Origin: Camelus ferus
Taxonomy: Eukaryota
Assembly (NCBI RefSeq): GCF_009834535.1
Contig: NC_045697.1
Location: 48,052,001-48,116,000, forward strand
Direction: 5' to 3'
DNA: 64,000 nt
The notes under the pieces were generated by a model that made no database searches, was not told where the DNA came from, and worked only from the letters and a program-made list of their open reading frames with translations. Below are positions 63,394 to 64,000 of this stretch, one piece after another (within the stretch, counting starts at the first letter, position 1; each line of letters begins with the position of its first letter). Made by a program: the position numbers and the translations under genes.

Positions 63394-63746
63394 CAATTTT
63401 CAGATTCGCTTCAGCACCCTTGGGACCGGTCTGTAGTGGCATAGTTGTTGGTAGCGTCTTCCTGGCCAGGTATCAGCTGCTCAGGGTGGAAGAGCTGCCT
63501 ATACACGCCAGTTCTTACCCCGTCTATGACCGCTGGTCCAGGGCCACAAAGACAGCCCAGGAAGGTGCTTGCCAGCCCTTGTCTCGTTGAAGACGTGTTG
63601 GAGTTATTGAGTTATTGCTGCTCTCCAGCGCCTGGTCGCTGGGCATGGTGCCCTCGGACCGGATGCAGTGCTGCAGGCAGTAGAGCTCCCAGCAGGGGTT
63701 ACCCGTCTGTGCCCCAGCCTGGCCCACAGGCTGGAGATACGCGTGG
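63394..63746 (-). pseudogene. Alpha-tubulin pseudogene fragment (codons ~2-125), intronless across the exon 2/3 junction, several frameshifts
   Basis: Minus strand gives [73 protein letters not shown] and VLKRI*KL. Also an 8-nt duplication at 63601-63616 and TGA at 63402-63400. Confidence 0.92.
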
Positions 63747-64000
63747 ACTCTTCAAGTGGCCCCACCTCCCCTTCACCATGTTTGTTCCATCAGGTGAACT
63801 TTGTGGAGGGTAGTTAACTACAGACATTCTGTGACTCTCCAGCAACACCGCAGATCTCCTGAGTCCATGTATTTTTCTTAAACCTTTGATGTTATTGTAC
63901 AATAGTTTCGAAAAGGAAGTTGGTGCTATAAAAATACATTTTCATCCCATAGCATCTAACAGAAATTCCTCAAAGAATCCTACATGTGGACAGTGGTTCC

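Noticed and set aside
63445..63813. 122-aa + strand ORF as a novel gene
   Set aside because: It is the antisense shadow of the GC-rich tubulin pseudogene and has no recognisable features.
36571..64000. Exons of CXCL13, the gene I recall lying 3' of CNOT6L in human
   Set aside because: No CXC chemokine-like coding segment recognised on either strand; probably beyond the window.
1..64000. CRISPR arrays, rRNA, operons or other prokaryotic systems; remaining short ORFs
   Set aside because: The sequence is mammalian with spliceosomal introns and no spaced repeat arrays. The other 60-136 aa ORFs fall in repeats or AT-rich non-coding DNA and show no recognisable domains.

Overview
Mammalian genomic DNA, probably camelid, judged from two tRNA-Ala-derived Vic-1-type SINEs and young L1 3' ends of a type I associate with camel/alpaca. 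The first ~36.6 kb carries the 3' part of CNOT6L (CCR4b deadenylase of CCR4-NOT) on the + strand. Seven coding exons with GT-AG boundaries and consistent phases join into an uninterrupted frame for residues ~164-555, the whole EEP nuclease domain. A ~7.1 kb, apparently transposon-free 3' UTR follows, with miRNA seed, Pumilio, CPE and poly(A) motifs, ending at AATAAA 36546. The rest is intergenic and repeat-rich (L1, ERVL/MaLR LTRs, MIR/L2, DNA-transposon MITEs), with a 100-N assembly gap at 59131-59230. The two most unusual items are pseudogenic copies of atypical transcripts. One is a ZNF274-like KRAB-A fragment that is spliced upstream but keeps the start of the next intron before an A-tail (54351-54617, +). 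The other is a divergent alpha-tubulin fragment (exons 2+3 fused) that switches near the intron-3 position to unrelated sequence ending at a poly(A) signal (62819-63779, -). I see no evidence for a wholly new biological system. Repeat family names and reference protein comparisons are from memory and need RepeatMasker/BLAST confirmation.
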